A stretch of 34,020 bases of DNA, from contig JAXMOL010000070.1 in the NCBI GenBank assembly GCA_034669905.1, forward strand, positions 1 to 34,020, given 5' to 3'. Of this stretch, positions 15,894 to 25,777 are shown piece after piece (positions within the stretch are counted from its first letter, which is position 1; each line of letters begins with the position of its first letter). The stretch comes from Candidatus Hydrogenedentota bacterium (GTDB taxonomy: Bacteria > Hydrogenedentota > Hydrogenedentia > Hydrogenedentales > JAEUWI01). The translations under genes and the position numbers were made by a program. The notes below the pieces were generated by a model. The model had not been told where the DNA came from, made no database searches, and saw only the letters and a program-made list of their open reading frames with translations.

Positions 15894-17255
15894 TTACGCC
15901 TCCATTGCCATTTCGAGTGAGGCTTCCAGCTCACTCGCCGGGAGCAGGGTAACTCCCGATGCGGTTATATTCCTAGCACATCCACGGGGCAAAATACACC
16001 GGTCAAATCCAAACTTGGCCGCTTCGGCCAGGCGCTGCTGCGCCATGTCCACCGCCCGCACCTCGCCCGCCAGGCCGACTTCGCCAAAGGCCACCAGCTT
16101 TTCCGGTAACGGCACATTGCGGAAACTCGAAACCAACGCCAGGGCGACGGCCAGATCGGTGGCGGGCTCATCCAGCTTTACGCCGCCCGCCACATTCACG
16201 AAAACATCCCGGTCCGAAAAGTGGAGTCCCGCACGCTTTTCGAGTACGGCCAGAATCAGGCTGATACGATTGGGGTTGACGCCCGTCACCGTCCGCCGTG
16301 GCGAGCCCGCGTGGCTGTCCCCCACCAGCGCCTGAACCTCCACCAGAAGGGGGCGTGTGCCTTCCACACTGGGAATGACAATGGAACCACTGACCCCCTC
16401 AGGACGTTCATTCAGAAAGAGCGCACTGGGATTGGGGACCGGGTGCAGTCCCGTGTCCCGCATTTCGAAAACGCCAATCTCGTTGGTGGAGCCAAAGCGG
16501 TTCTTGACGCCCCGAAGTATGCGCAGGGACTGACGCCCTTCGCCCTCAAAATAGAGTACCGTATCCACCAGGTGTTCCAGCAGGCGCGGCCCGGCGATGG
16601 TGCCGTCTTTGGTCACGTGGCCCACCAGCATGATGGGGACATTTCGTCCCTTGGCAAGCCGAAGAAACTCGTTGGCACACTCCCGGACCTGGCTGATACT
16701 GCCGGGAACGCCGCTTAGTTGGCTGCTGTAGACCGATTGGATCGAGTCGACGACCACGAAGTCGTACTTTCCGGTCTGAATTTCTTTGCTGATATTTCCG
16801 ACCGATGTCTCGGTGTAGATATACAGGCGCTCGTGGATGGCGCTCAGGCGATCGGCCCGAAGGCGCGCCTGGCTGAAGGATTCTTCACCGGACACGTACA
16901 ACACGGAACCGGTCTGGGCCGCCAAATATTGGGAGAGCTGCAACATGAGCGTGGATTTTCCGATGCCGGGGTCGCCGCCTACCAGCGTGAGCGAGCCGGG
17001 CACGATACCTCCGCCCAGGACCCGGTCGCACTCGGACATGCCAGAGGGAATCCGTGTGGGGGGCGGTTGGGTGCCGTCCGTAACGGGAATAGGTTTGCTC
17101 GCGGCCACAATGCTGGGGCGCTTGTGGCTACCTTCGTCGACAATCTGCTCTTCCGTCAAGGTGTTCCACTCGGCACATTCGGGACACTTGCCCATCCATT
17201 TCGCCGCGATGTTGCCGCAGGACTGACAGACAAACTGGGTGCGGGGTTTGCTCAT
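15894..17255 (-). CDS. radA: DNA repair protein RadA/Sms
   Basis: CQSC..KWMGKCPEC zinc finger, GDPGIGKST, YVSGEES, VDSIQ, KNRFG and Lon-like C-terminus. Confidence 0.97.
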   Translation of the reverse strand: MSKPRTQFVCQSCGNIAAKWMGKCPECAEWNTLTEEQIVDEGSHKRPSIVAASKPIPVTDGTQPPPTRIPSGMSECDRVLGGGIVPGSLTLVGGDPGIGKSTLMLQLSQYLAAQTGSVLYVSGEESFSQARLRADRLSAIHERLYIYTETSVGNISKEIQTGKYDFVVVDSIQSVYSSQLSGVPGSISQVRECANEFLRLAKGRNVPIMLVGHVTKDGTIAGPRLLEHLVDTVLYFEGEGRQSLRILRGVKNRFGSTNEIGVFEMRDTGLHPVPNPSALFLNERPEGVSGSIVIPSVEGTRPLLVEVQALVGDSHAGSPRRTVTGVNPNRISLILAVLEKRAGLHFSDRDVFVNVAGGVKLDEPATDLAVALALVSSFRNVPLPEKLVAFGEVGLAGEVRAVDMAQQRLAEAAKFGFDRCILPRGCARNITASGVTLLPASELEASLEMAMEA

Positions 17256-18064
17256 TACTCCCCTCCCACGGTCGCGGTGTCGCTGGCTACGGGGGTGGTC
17301 ACAGCGAGGAGGCCCACATATTCGAGCCCAATGGGCGTGCGCTCCAGTTCGGGGGCATAGAGTCCCGAGAGGGAGCCATCGAGATAGAGGGCATTGGCGC
17401 AGCCAAGTTTTTCTTTGAAGAAAGATGCGAAGGTGTGAAAGTTTACGGGGAGATCGGAGATGACGATTGCTACCCGCGTGGCACTGGCTACACCAATCCC
17501 ATTGCGAAAATGGATGCTTGTTGATTCCTCATTAAACTTCGGATGCAGGGCGTTGTCGATGACCAGTAAGGGACCCGATTGGACAGCGAGTTCGGCGCTG
17601 GGCGATGTGGCGGCATAGTCCTCCGTCGTGCGGATATGGGCACCACTACTGTCGACATAGAAGACCCCATTGGGCTTGAGGGCGAAATTGCTTTTTCCGC
17701 CGGGGTGGGGATTCAGCGAACGGAGTTCGTTGCCCTGCGCCACGTGAAGCCCCAGGGGGGTGCGGTCTTCCGCGTAGATTCCCGAGTTGGTGGCCACGAC
17801 AAGCGTCTTGCCCTGGGTCGCCAACCACTCCTCCAGCCGCGCAAAATTCTGAAAGGGCTTCCCCTCGGGGTCCTTCCAGAACAGTTCCAGGGTGGCGATT
17901 TCCAGATCGACCCAGGCGACCGTAAAGGGGGTGTTCCGATACGTTTCGGATTGGAACGTTACGCCATGGGGCCTGGCCGGAGTGGCTCCGATGGAGAGAC
18001 ACCACACCACTGCTCCAAGCAGGAAGGAGCCGCAAAGACGATGTCGCGTTTGAGCCACGGGCAT
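17255..18064 (-). CDS. YigE/DUF2233 phosphodiester glycosidase-family exported protein
   Basis: L.LFWKD..G.PF, ATNSGIY...PLGL, NFALKPNGVFY, QSGPLLV, RNGIGV and NALYLDGSLS; signal-like N-terminus. Start uncertain (ATG 18064 or TTG 18079). Confidence 0.8.
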   Translation of the reverse strand: MPVAQTRHRLCGSFLLGAVVWCLSIGATPARPHGVTFQSETYRNTPFTVAWVDLEIATLELFWKDPEGKPFQNFARLEEWLATQGKTLVVATNSGIYAEDRTPLGLHVAQGNELRSLNPHPGGKSNFALKPNGVFYVDSSGAHIRTTEDYAATSPSAELAVQSGPLLVIDNALHPKFNEESTSIHFRNGIGVASATRVAIVISDLPVNFHTFASFFKEKLGCANALYLDGSLSGLYAPELERTPIGLEYVGLLAVTTPVASDTATVGGE

Positions 18065-18386
18065 AAGGGGTATTTCCAAGACGATCCATTGTGTACGAAA
18101 GCGCGGTAAGTCCTTTACCGCCTATGTGATAAGCATAACACACCGACCATGTATGGAGCAATGAAAACCGCACTTTTCACCCCGATATGCATGAAGCAGG
18201 TGCAATATAGGGCCGGGGATTGATAGAATTTCCCTCGCTGTCGCCCTCAAGAGGTGTCCGGCTATCTGCAAAATGGCTTGCTTGCGACACCGTGGGCTGC
18301 CCCCATACCTCCCGTACGAGAGAAGTTGACCACTGCGCTTCCCAGGCCCCGGGCCTCGGATTCTTGCTGAACAGGATATTGCTTTC

Positions 18387-19640
18387 ATGGAATCTCTTCG
18401 CTTTTTGACCGCTGACGAAACCCGCCAAATTGCCGCCGAGCACGGTACGCCGGTGTATGTGTACGATGAAGCGACGCTTCGCCAACGGGCTTCCGAGGTC
18501 CTGGCGTTCCCCAACGCGTTCGGCCTGACGGCCCGCTATGCCATGAAAGCCCTCCCTACCGCGGCGGTGGTGCAGGTGCTTACGGATACCGGACTGCACA
18601 TTGACGCCAGCAGCGGATTCGAGGCCGAGCGGGCTCTTCGCGCGGGTGTGGCCCCCGAAAAAATTCAGATCACGGCCCAGGAGCTCCCGCTATTTCTCCG
18701 GGAACTCGTTGCACAGGGAGTGCTCTTTAATGCCTGTTCTATGAACCAGCTTCGGGCCTATGGCGAACTCTTTCCCGGAAGCGAAGTATCCGTGCGCATT
18801 AACCCCGGACTGGGATCGGGTCACAGTAACCGCACCAACGTGGGCGGTCCCTCCTCGAGCTTTGGTATCTGGCATGGCCACCTGGACGAAGTGAAGGCTA
18901 TCGCTTCCGAGCACAAGCTCACCATCAGTGGTATGCACACCCACATCGGCTCCGGCTCGGACCCCGACACGTGGGCCCGTTGTGCGGGCTTGTCGTTGGC
19001 GATTGTCGAGCGCCTGCCGGACGTGACACGCCTGAGTCTGGGCGGTGGATTCAAGGTAGGCCGTATGGCCGATGAGATTTCCGCCGACATGGAGAAAATC
19101 GGCGCACGGGTGAAGGCCGATTTCGAAGCCTTCGCCAGGCAGCATGGCCGGGAACTTCATTTAGAAGTCGAGCCGGGCACCTTCCTCGTGGCCAATGCCG
19201 GGGCACTCGTGACGTCGATTAAAGACATCGTAGACACGGGCGACGAGGGCTACACCTTTCTGAAGATCGATGGCGGAATGACGGAAATTGTGCGGCCGAG
19301 CATGTATGGTGCCCAGCACCCCATGGTGGTGGTTCCCCAGGCCGACGAAGAGCGGGGACATGGCACGTACCTGGTTACGGGACACTGCTGTGAAAGTGGC
19401 GATATCCTTACGCCGGAGCCGGGTAATCCGGAAGGTCTCGCGCCCCGTGAGCTCTGCGAGGCCCACGTGGGTGACTATCTGGTGATCGATGGCGCCGGTG
19501 CCTACTGCGCGAGCATGGCGTCGAAAAACTACAACGCCTTTCCCGAATGTGCCGAATTGTTGCGGCAAGTGGACGGCACGGTACGGGTGATTCGCAAGCG
19601 CCAGACCCTGGAGCAGATTCTGCAAAACGAGGTCGTATGA
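18387..19640 (+). CDS. lysA: Diaminopimelate decarboxylase
   Basis: GTPVYVYDE, YAMKA (PLP lysine), HTHIGSG, LGGGF, EPG, CESGD and AGAYCASMAS.NYN. Confidence 0.92.
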   Translation: MESLRFLTADETRQIAAEHGTPVYVYDEATLRQRASEVLAFPNAFGLTARYAMKALPTAAVVQVLTDTGLHIDASSGFEAERALRAGVAPEKIQITAQELPLFLRELVAQGVLFNACSMNQLRAYGELFPGSEVSVRINPGLGSGHSNRTNVGGPSSSFGIWHGHLDEVKAIASEHKLTISGMHTHIGSGSDPDTWARCAGLSLAIVERLPDVTRLSLGGGFKVGRMADEISADMEKIGARVKADFEAFARQHGRELHLEVEPGTFLVANAGALVTSIKDIVDTGDEGYTFLKIDGGMTEIVRPSMYGAQHPMVVVPQADEERGHGTYLVTGHCCESGDILTPEPGNPEGLAPRELCEAHVGDYLVIDGAGAYCASMASKNYNAFPECAELLRQVDGTVRVIRKRQTLEQILQNEVV

Positions 19641-19769
19641 GCGTCGCCACGTATGCCATGATGGCCCGTGTCTGACCTGTTCAGGCGTGTCCCTTGAAGC
19701 GCTGCATGTCGTTGCCCTAGACTCCATAGGTCGGTCCGCACTTTCTTGAGTTACTTTTGGAGTCACTTC

Positions 19770-20567
19770 ATGTGGTTACGCACTACGTGCAACCTGGCCT
19801 TTAATGCGTCCGTCCCTACCCCATTTCTCTTTATGCTACGTCCCCGCAGTGGTCGCCAACAATGGCTTGCCCGGGAATCGTATGTGTTGGAGCCGAGCGT
19901 AGATGCCTTCGAGTGTACGGACTCTTTCGGCAATCTTTGCCAGCGGCTCGTCATGCCACCGGGGCCTTTCTCGATCCATACCAGTGCCGACGTTGAGGTG
20001 GCGGACGAGGCCGCCACGGCCCCCGGTGCGCCGTTCATTGAAGTGCAGGAGCTTCCAGATGTGGTCCTGCCCTTTCTGCTGCCGAGTCGTTATTGTGAGT
20101 GCGACCGTTTTTCCCAGATGGCACCATCCATCACCGCCGGCGCGACGCTGGGCTATGACCAGTGTGCGGCCATTGTCCAATACATCCGCGATACCATTAC
20201 CTATCAGCCGGGAAGTGGGCAGGAAATCATTAGCGCCTGCGAAGTGAATGAACGTACCCACGCTGTCTGCCGGGACATGGCCCATCTGGGCATCGCCCTG
20301 TGCCGTGCCTTGTCCATTCCCGCGCGCATGACGGTGGGCTATCTCGAGACCTTGGAGCCCATGGATCTTCACGCCTGGTTTGAGGCCTACGTGGGTGGGC
20401 GATGGTATACCTTCGACCCGACGCAGTCGGACCTGCGCGGCGGCCGGGTCATCATTGCCTATGGCCGCGATGCCGCCGACGTGGCGCTCTTTACCCAGTT
20501 TGGGGATCCGGTGGATATCCAACAGATGGAAGTCCGCGTGGAGCGCCTGGCCGGCCCACCTGGCTGA
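19770..20567 (+). CDS. Transglutaminase-like family protein
   Basis: [54 protein letters not shown] and [15 protein letters not shown] before ATG 19770. Confidence 0.88.
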   Translation: MWLRTTCNLAFNASVPTPFLFMLRPRSGRQQWLARESYVLEPSVDAFECTDSFGNLCQRLVMPPGPFSIHTSADVEVADEAATAPGAPFIEVQELPDVVLPFLLPSRYCECDRFSQMAPSITAGATLGYDQCAAIVQYIRDTITYQPGSGQEIISACEVNERTHAVCRDMAHLGIALCRALSIPARMTVGYLETLEPMDLHAWFEAYVGGRWYTFDPTQSDLRGGRVIIAYGRDAADVALFTQFGDPVDIQQMEVRVERLAGPPG

Positions 20568-20573
20568 ATTCCC

Positions 20574-21365
20574 TTACACCGGCCCCTTCTCGAACTGGCT
20601 GGCCCGGGCGTCTCGTGCGGTCTGGCGCGCTTCCAGCCAGGGGAATCGTCTTCCTTCGTTACCGGGTTGGGGTGGCGTGCCAAACATCATGATGTAGGCG
20701 CGGCGTGGTTGGTCGGTCTTGTTTTCACCCGCGTAGTGAAGGGTTCGGGCAAGGTGAAAGGTGGCTCCGCCAGCGGGCAGCGGACACGCAACAGCCTGCG
20801 ACGCATCTACCGGCTCATCCACTTCCAGCCCATGGACGCGGGGATCATGGTTGATGGGATGGTGGGCCACGACGTCTCCGCGGTGGCTGCCGGGAATGAA
20901 ATGCATACATCCATTTTCCATCGTCGCATCCTGCAGGGGAATCCACACGCTCAGCGCGTTGTAGCAAAGCTCCGGATTCCAATAGGACTCATCCTGATGC
21001 CAGGGCGTGGCGGCCCCCATCCCCGCAGGCTTGAGAATGGCGTGATTGCCCTGGGCTTCGGTCTCGGAGCCGAGGAGCTGGGTAGCGATTCGCAGCGCGG
21101 TCCGAACACAGTCCAATTCTGCAAAGGCCGGAGCATATTGAGACGGATTGAGGATTTGCTGCAGCACCGCCGGTGCCCCTTCCTCATCGGCGCCTGCCAG
21201 GTCGAAGTGGTCGCCGGCATCCCGCCCTGCCTTTGCCTCAAAGAGGCCGTCATAAAGCTCGCGCATGCGCTCGACTTCCGTGGGCTCCACCAGGGAATCG
21301 AGGGCCAGGTAGCCGTTCTCGTGGAAAGAAGTGATTTGGTCCGTATTTAATGGAGTGATCGGCAT
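20574..21365 (-). CDS. Phytanoyl-CoA dioxygenase (PhyH) family Fe(II)/2OG dioxygenase
   Basis: FHENGY, KP..GAATPWHQD, WIPL.DAT.ENGCM.FIPGSH and FH..TLH...N..PRRA; AGGAG RBS before ATG 21365. Confidence 0.88.
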   Translation of the reverse strand: MPITPLNTDQITSFHENGYLALDSLVEPTEVERMRELYDGLFEAKAGRDAGDHFDLAGADEEGAPAVLQQILNPSQYAPAFAELDCVRTALRIATQLLGSETEAQGNHAILKPAGMGAATPWHQDESYWNPELCYNALSVWIPLQDATMENGCMHFIPGSHRGDVVAHHPINHDPRVHGLEVDEPVDASQAVACPLPAGGATFHLARTLHYAGENKTDQPRRAYIMMFGTPPQPGNEGRRFPWLEARQTARDARASQFEKGPV

Positions 21366-21662
21366 GACGTCTCCTGTAACACTTGAGTACTCCTGAAGGG
21401 CCAACAAACCAACTAACTGTAGCATGCCGAACCTGTAAGGGCTCAAGGCCAGAGATATCGTGGCGGTAGAGCAGGTGCGATGAAAGGTCCCTCTGGAATG
21501 CTGATTCGGTGGTGTTCTGGATCAGGTGTCCCATCTTGATTAATTGACGCCGCCGTGCTAGGTTCAGGGAGAGCAGTAGTATTTCGTTGACGCAAACCCG
21601 GTCGAAGCTTGGGATGGCGGTACGAGGTGTCCATTCCCCGGCGGACCCGAAGGAGAAGCGGA

Positions 21663-22289
21663 ATGTCGAATACGGAGAAGCCCGCCAGCGCCTTGTCGCG
21701 ACGCGGTTTTATGAAGGGTGTGGGCGCCGGTGGTGTGGTCACTGGACTCGTGGGTGGAGCGACCGCAGCGCCCGCGGAAGCCGCAGCGGACTCCCCCACC
21801 CTGATGGGGCCGGGCGAAGTTTCGGTCACCCTGCGGGTGAATGGTGAAGATAGAACGGTGTCGGTGGATACCCGTAGTACACTGCTGGATGCCCTCCGAA
21901 ACCGCCTGGATGTGACCAGTCCCAAGAAAGTCTGTGATCGTGGAACCTGCGGTGCCTGCACCCTGCTGGTAGATGGCGTTCCCATCTATGGCTGTTCCAT
22001 GTTGGCCCTGGAGGCGGAAGGCCGTTCCATCGAAACGGTCGAGAGTCTGGGGACACCCGAGCAGATGTCGGCGGTTCAGGCGGCCTTTGTGAAGCATGAT
22101 GCCCAGCAATGTGGTTTTTGCACGCCCGGTATGATCGTGGCCTGCACGGCCCTGCTTCAGCGCAACCCCTCCCCCACACGCGATGAAGTGCGCGACGGGC
22201 TGGGCGGCAATCTCTGTCGCTGTGGTACCTATGCGGGAATCATCGACGCGGTTCTGGAAGCATCCAAGACCCTGAAAGGGGGTGTCTGA
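21663..22289 (+). CDS. Tat-signal 2Fe-2S subunit of a xanthine oxidase-family Mo-hydroxylase (PaoA/YagT-like)
   Basis: SRRGFMK twin arginine; CDRGTCGACT..C and QCGFCTPG..GNLCRC; AAGGAG RBS. Confidence 0.9.
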   Translation: MSNTEKPASALSRRGFMKGVGAGGVVTGLVGGATAAPAEAAADSPTLMGPGEVSVTLRVNGEDRTVSVDTRSTLLDALRNRLDVTSPKKVCDRGTCGACTLLVDGVPIYGCSMLALEAEGRSIETVESLGTPEQMSAVQAAFVKHDAQQCGFCTPGMIVACTALLQRNPSPTRDEVRDGLGGNLCRCGTYAGIIDAVLEASKTLKGGV

Positions 22290-24424
22290 TGGCGAAACCC
22301 CAATGGCCCAGCGCCGAGAAACGACGTCTGATTGGCAAACGTATTGATCGCCTCGATGGCCCCATTAAGTCGACGGGCGTTGCAAAGTACGCCTATGACC
22401 AGCATTTTGACGGCCTGCTTTACGCGAAGATATTTTACTCCCCCTACCCTTCCGCCACGATAAATGCCGTGAATATGGAGGCAGCCAAAGCCCTCCCTGG
22501 CGTGGAGACGGTGTGGGTGGATGAAAGCTTGATTGGCAAAGAAGTTCGCTATGTGGGACAGGTGGTGGCCGCCGTCGCCGCAGTATCCGAAGAGATCGCC
22601 AATGAGGCCCTCCGTCTGATTACCCTGGACGCGACGCCCCAAGAAGCGCAGATCGACGACACGGACCCCAGCAAGGCCGAAGAGAAAAAATCGGAACGGG
22701 AAGAGGGCGACTTTGAGGCCACCATGGCGGCGGCCGAGGTGAAGAGCACGGGCCGCTACAGTATTCCGGTTATCACCCACTGCTGTCTGGAATCCCACGG
22801 GCAAACCGCCAAGATGGAAGGGGACCATCTCTATATCTGGCCCAGTACCCAGGCGGTCTCCCTTTATGCAAATGGTCTCGACGAAGCCGTCGGCGTTCCC
22901 CAGGCCAACATCCATGTGGATTGCCAGGTCATGGGCGGTGGCTTCGGCTCCAAGTTCAGTCATGATAAATGGGGTGTCATCGGCTCGCTACTTGCCAAAG
23001 AAACGGGGAAGCCGGTGAAGCTCATGTTGGAGCGGGATCAGGAACTTATGGTCGCGGGCAACCGCCCTTCAGCCCACGGCGAAGTCACGGTCGGTGTGAA
23101 CAAGTCCGGCAAGCTCCAGGCCATGGAGGCAACCCTCTGGGGTACGGGTGGCTCGGGCGGATATCGTCCCCCTCCTGTGCCTTATGTCTTTACCAAGATA
23201 CCCGCTACCCGCCTGACCGGCATGCGTATCAAAACGAACCGTGGCGGACAGCGGGCCTGGCGTGGGCCGGGCCATCCGCAAGGGTGCTTTTTGACCATGG
23301 CGGCGGTAGAAGATGCGGCGGCCGCCATTGGGATGGATGCTCTGGAGTTTTTTAAGACCAACCTGGAACTTACCGAGCGCGCGGAGCTTTACGCGAAACA
23401 ACTCGATATCGCCGCCGACCTGATTGGCTACAAGACCAAGGCCCACCTCCGCGGTGATAAGACGGACGGTCCCTTGAAGCGCGGTATCGGTATTGGTATC
23501 CACACCTGGGGCGGCCTCGGCCATCCGTCGAACTGCGATATCTCGGTCCATCCCGATGGTTCGGTGGTACTCAAAATGGGTACGCAGGACCTTGGAGTGG
23601 GAACCCGTACCGTAGTCGGTATTGTGGCGGCGGAGACTTTTGGCTTGCCCCTCGAAGCCATTGACGTGAATATTGGTAGCAACGCCTACCCGTCTTCGAA
23701 TGCGTCGGGTGGCAGTACGACCGTGGGCGGCATCTCTGCGGCTACCCGGCTGGCTTCCACCGATGCACTCAACAAACTCATTGACGTGGTGGCCCCCCGG
23801 CTGGATGTCGACGTCGACGATCTGGAAGCCGTGGATGGCAAGCTTCAGTCCATCAGTGATCCCACCAAATCGATACCCTGGAAAGACGCCTGCAAATTAC
23901 TGGGTGCCAAATCGGTCTTGGGTCGCGGCGAGAATATCCGCGGTGAAAGCCAGGAGATGGGACTCATCGACCAGGGGGTGGGCGGCGTACAAATGGCCGA
24001 CGTCACCGTGGATATAGAAACGGGCGTCGTGACCCTCAATGAGATGGCGGCCGTGCAGGATTGCGGGTTGATTATCGACCTCAAGACCGCGGAGAGTCAG
24101 GTATATGGTGGGTTGATTATGGGGATTACCTATGCCCTGTATGAGGAGTGTATTTATGATAATCGCAGCGGACGTATGCTGAATGCGGATATGGAATTCT
24201 ATCGCCTCGCGGGACTCAAAGACGTGGGACAGCTGAAGGTACACATGATGACCGGGCCGGGCTTCGATGAGCGTGGGGTCATTGGTCTCGGTGAGCCGCC
24301 GGTCATTTCACCGGGGGCCGCCATTTCCAACGCCGTGGCCAATGCCTGCGGCGTACGTGTTCCTGAACTGCCCCTCACACCCGACAAGGTGGTGGCCGCC
24401 CTGCAAGCCGGAGGAATCGTCTGA
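22289..24424 (+). CDS. Molybdopterin-binding subunit of a xanthine dehydrogenase-family enzyme (PaoC/YagR-like)
   Basis: IGKRIDRLDG..K.TG.AKY, MGGGFGSK, AWRGPG.PQ, QDLG.G, SGGS.T, QV.GG..MG and GLGEPP. Confidence 0.92.
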   Translation: MAKPQWPSAEKRRLIGKRIDRLDGPIKSTGVAKYAYDQHFDGLLYAKIFYSPYPSATINAVNMEAAKALPGVETVWVDESLIGKEVRYVGQVVAAVAAVSEEIANEALRLITLDATPQEAQIDDTDPSKAEEKKSEREEGDFEATMAAAEVKSTGRYSIPVITHCCLESHGQTAKMEGDHLYIWPSTQAVSLYANGLDEAVGVPQANIHVDCQVMGGGFGSKFSHDKWGVIGSLLAKETGKPVKLMLERDQELMVAGNRPSAHGEVTVGVNKSGKLQAMEATLWGTGGSGGYRPPPVPYVFTKIPATRLTGMRIKTNRGGQRAWRGPGHPQGCFLTMAAVEDAAAAIGMDALEFFKTNLELTERAELYAKQLDIAADLIGYKTKAHLRGDKTDGPLKRGIGIGIHTWGGLGHPSNCDISVHPDGSVVLKMGTQDLGVGTRTVVGIVAAETFGLPLEAIDVNIGSNAYPSSNASGGSTTVGGISAATRLASTDALNKLIDVVAPRLDVDVDDLEAVDGKLQSISDPTKSIPWKDACKLLGAKSVLGRGENIRGESQEMGLIDQGVGGVQMADVTVDIETGVVTLNEMAAVQDCGLIIDLKTAESQVYGGLIMGITYALYEECIYDNRSGRMLNADMEFYRLAGLKDVGQLKVHMMTGPGFDERGVIGLGEPPVISPGAAISNAVANACGVRVPELPLTPDKVVAALQAGGIV

Positions 24425-25413
24425 TGAAACCCTATGAATATGCACGGCCCAAAGAACTGGATGAGGCCCTCGCCCTGTTGTCGGACACGTGGGGAGAGAC
24501 CGAAATCCTCGCCGGGGGGACGGACCTCATCACCTGCATGAAGCAGCATGTGACGGAACCTTCGCGGTTGGTAAGCCTTCGGGATATTGAGGCGCTCCGT
24601 GGCATTACGGTAGACGATGAAAGCGTTTCTATCGGGGCCATGACGACCCTGGCGGAGTTGGCGGCCCACGCTGAAGTGCGGGCCCTCTACCCCGCCCTCG
24701 TCACAGCTGTCGAAGGTATCGGTGCGGCCCAGATGGTCAATACCGGTACGGTGGGCGGTGATTGCTGTCAGCGCCCCCGCTGTTGGTATTTCCGCACCGA
24801 GAATGGACTTCTTGCCCAAGCCAATGGGGAAAGTCTTGTGCCGGACGGGGACAACCGCTACCATGCGATTTTTGGAAACGAGGCCGCAGCCCACTTTGTA
24901 AGTCCCTCCAGTCTGGGACCGGCCCTTATCGCGCTGGGTGCGGAAATGTTCATCACCGGACCTGGTGGCGCGACGCGAACCGTACCTGCGGGTGAATTCT
25001 TTAAGCGACCCGAGACGGAAGACGAACGGGAAACGGTATTGGCTCCCAACGAAATTCTGGTGGCCATACGGGTCCTCAAGTTGGGACTCAAGAACGCGAC
25101 CTATGAGGTCCGCCATCGCGCAGGGCTGGATTGGCCCTATGCGACGGCGTCGGTGGCCTTCGCCTATGACGGCGAAAAGGTCTCGGCGGCCCGGGTCGTG
25201 TTGGGGCATGTGGCCCCCACGCCATGGCCCGTCTCTGACGCGGCATCCAAACTGGAAGGCAGCACCCTGACCGAGAAGAGCGCGGCGGCCTGTGGCGAGG
25301 CGGCCATTGCCGGCGCAACACCGCTCAGCAGAAACGGCTATAAACTTCAGTTGGCACGGACCGCCGTGAAACGTGCCTTACTCGCTGCCGTCGGCAGCAC
25401 GAAGGAGGCCTGA
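24424..25413 (+). CDS. FAD-binding subunit of Mo-hydroxylase (PaoB/YagS-like)
   Basis: LAGGTDL, IGAMTTL, N.GTVGG..CQRPRCWYFR and VLGHVAPTPW..ATPLSRNGYK. Confidence 0.9.
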   Translation: MKPYEYARPKELDEALALLSDTWGETEILAGGTDLITCMKQHVTEPSRLVSLRDIEALRGITVDDESVSIGAMTTLAELAAHAEVRALYPALVTAVEGIGAAQMVNTGTVGGDCCQRPRCWYFRTENGLLAQANGESLVPDGDNRYHAIFGNEAAAHFVSPSSLGPALIALGAEMFITGPGGATRTVPAGEFFKRPETEDERETVLAPNEILVAIRVLKLGLKNATYEVRHRAGLDWPYATASVAFAYDGEKVSAARVVLGHVAPTPWPVSDAASKLEGSTLTEKSAAACGEAAIAGATPLSRNGYKLQLARTAVKRALLAAVGSTKEA

Positions 25414-25415
25414 AG

Positions 25416-25619
25416 ATGGACAAGGAATCCCTTACGAAACCCTTCCCCTGTCAGTGCTTACGGAGCAAAGAAATGTACCATCAGGACGACGGACACGCGG
25501 AAGACCTCTATACCAGCGACGCTTTCTGGTGCACCAAAACCCTGGAAAACTTTGGTCCCGATGGCGAGGCGGCGGACAGCTTGGAATGCGGACCCGGACG
25601 TAAGTGTTATAAAGGGTAA
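25416..25619 (+). CDS. Small cysteine-rich hypothetical protein (67 aa)
   Basis: Strong AAGGAGG RBS, 2 bp after the FAD subunit stop; 5 Cys (CQC..FWC..GPDG..C...R.CY). Confidence 0.7.
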   Translation: MDKESLTKPFPCQCLRSKEMYHQDDGHAEDLYTSDAFWCTKTLENFGPDGEAADSLECGPGRKCYKG

Positions 25620-25777
25620 CGGATTTTGGTGTATATGACATCAATAGCGCCTAAAAGGGCATAACGGACGAAAACGACCAAAAAGGACAGCCCAACAAGG
25701 GCCGTGCCCCGTGTCGAACGGGGATGACGAATGTCTTTATTGCTCAGAGCCTGGTCACAATACTAAGGAGCTTTATC

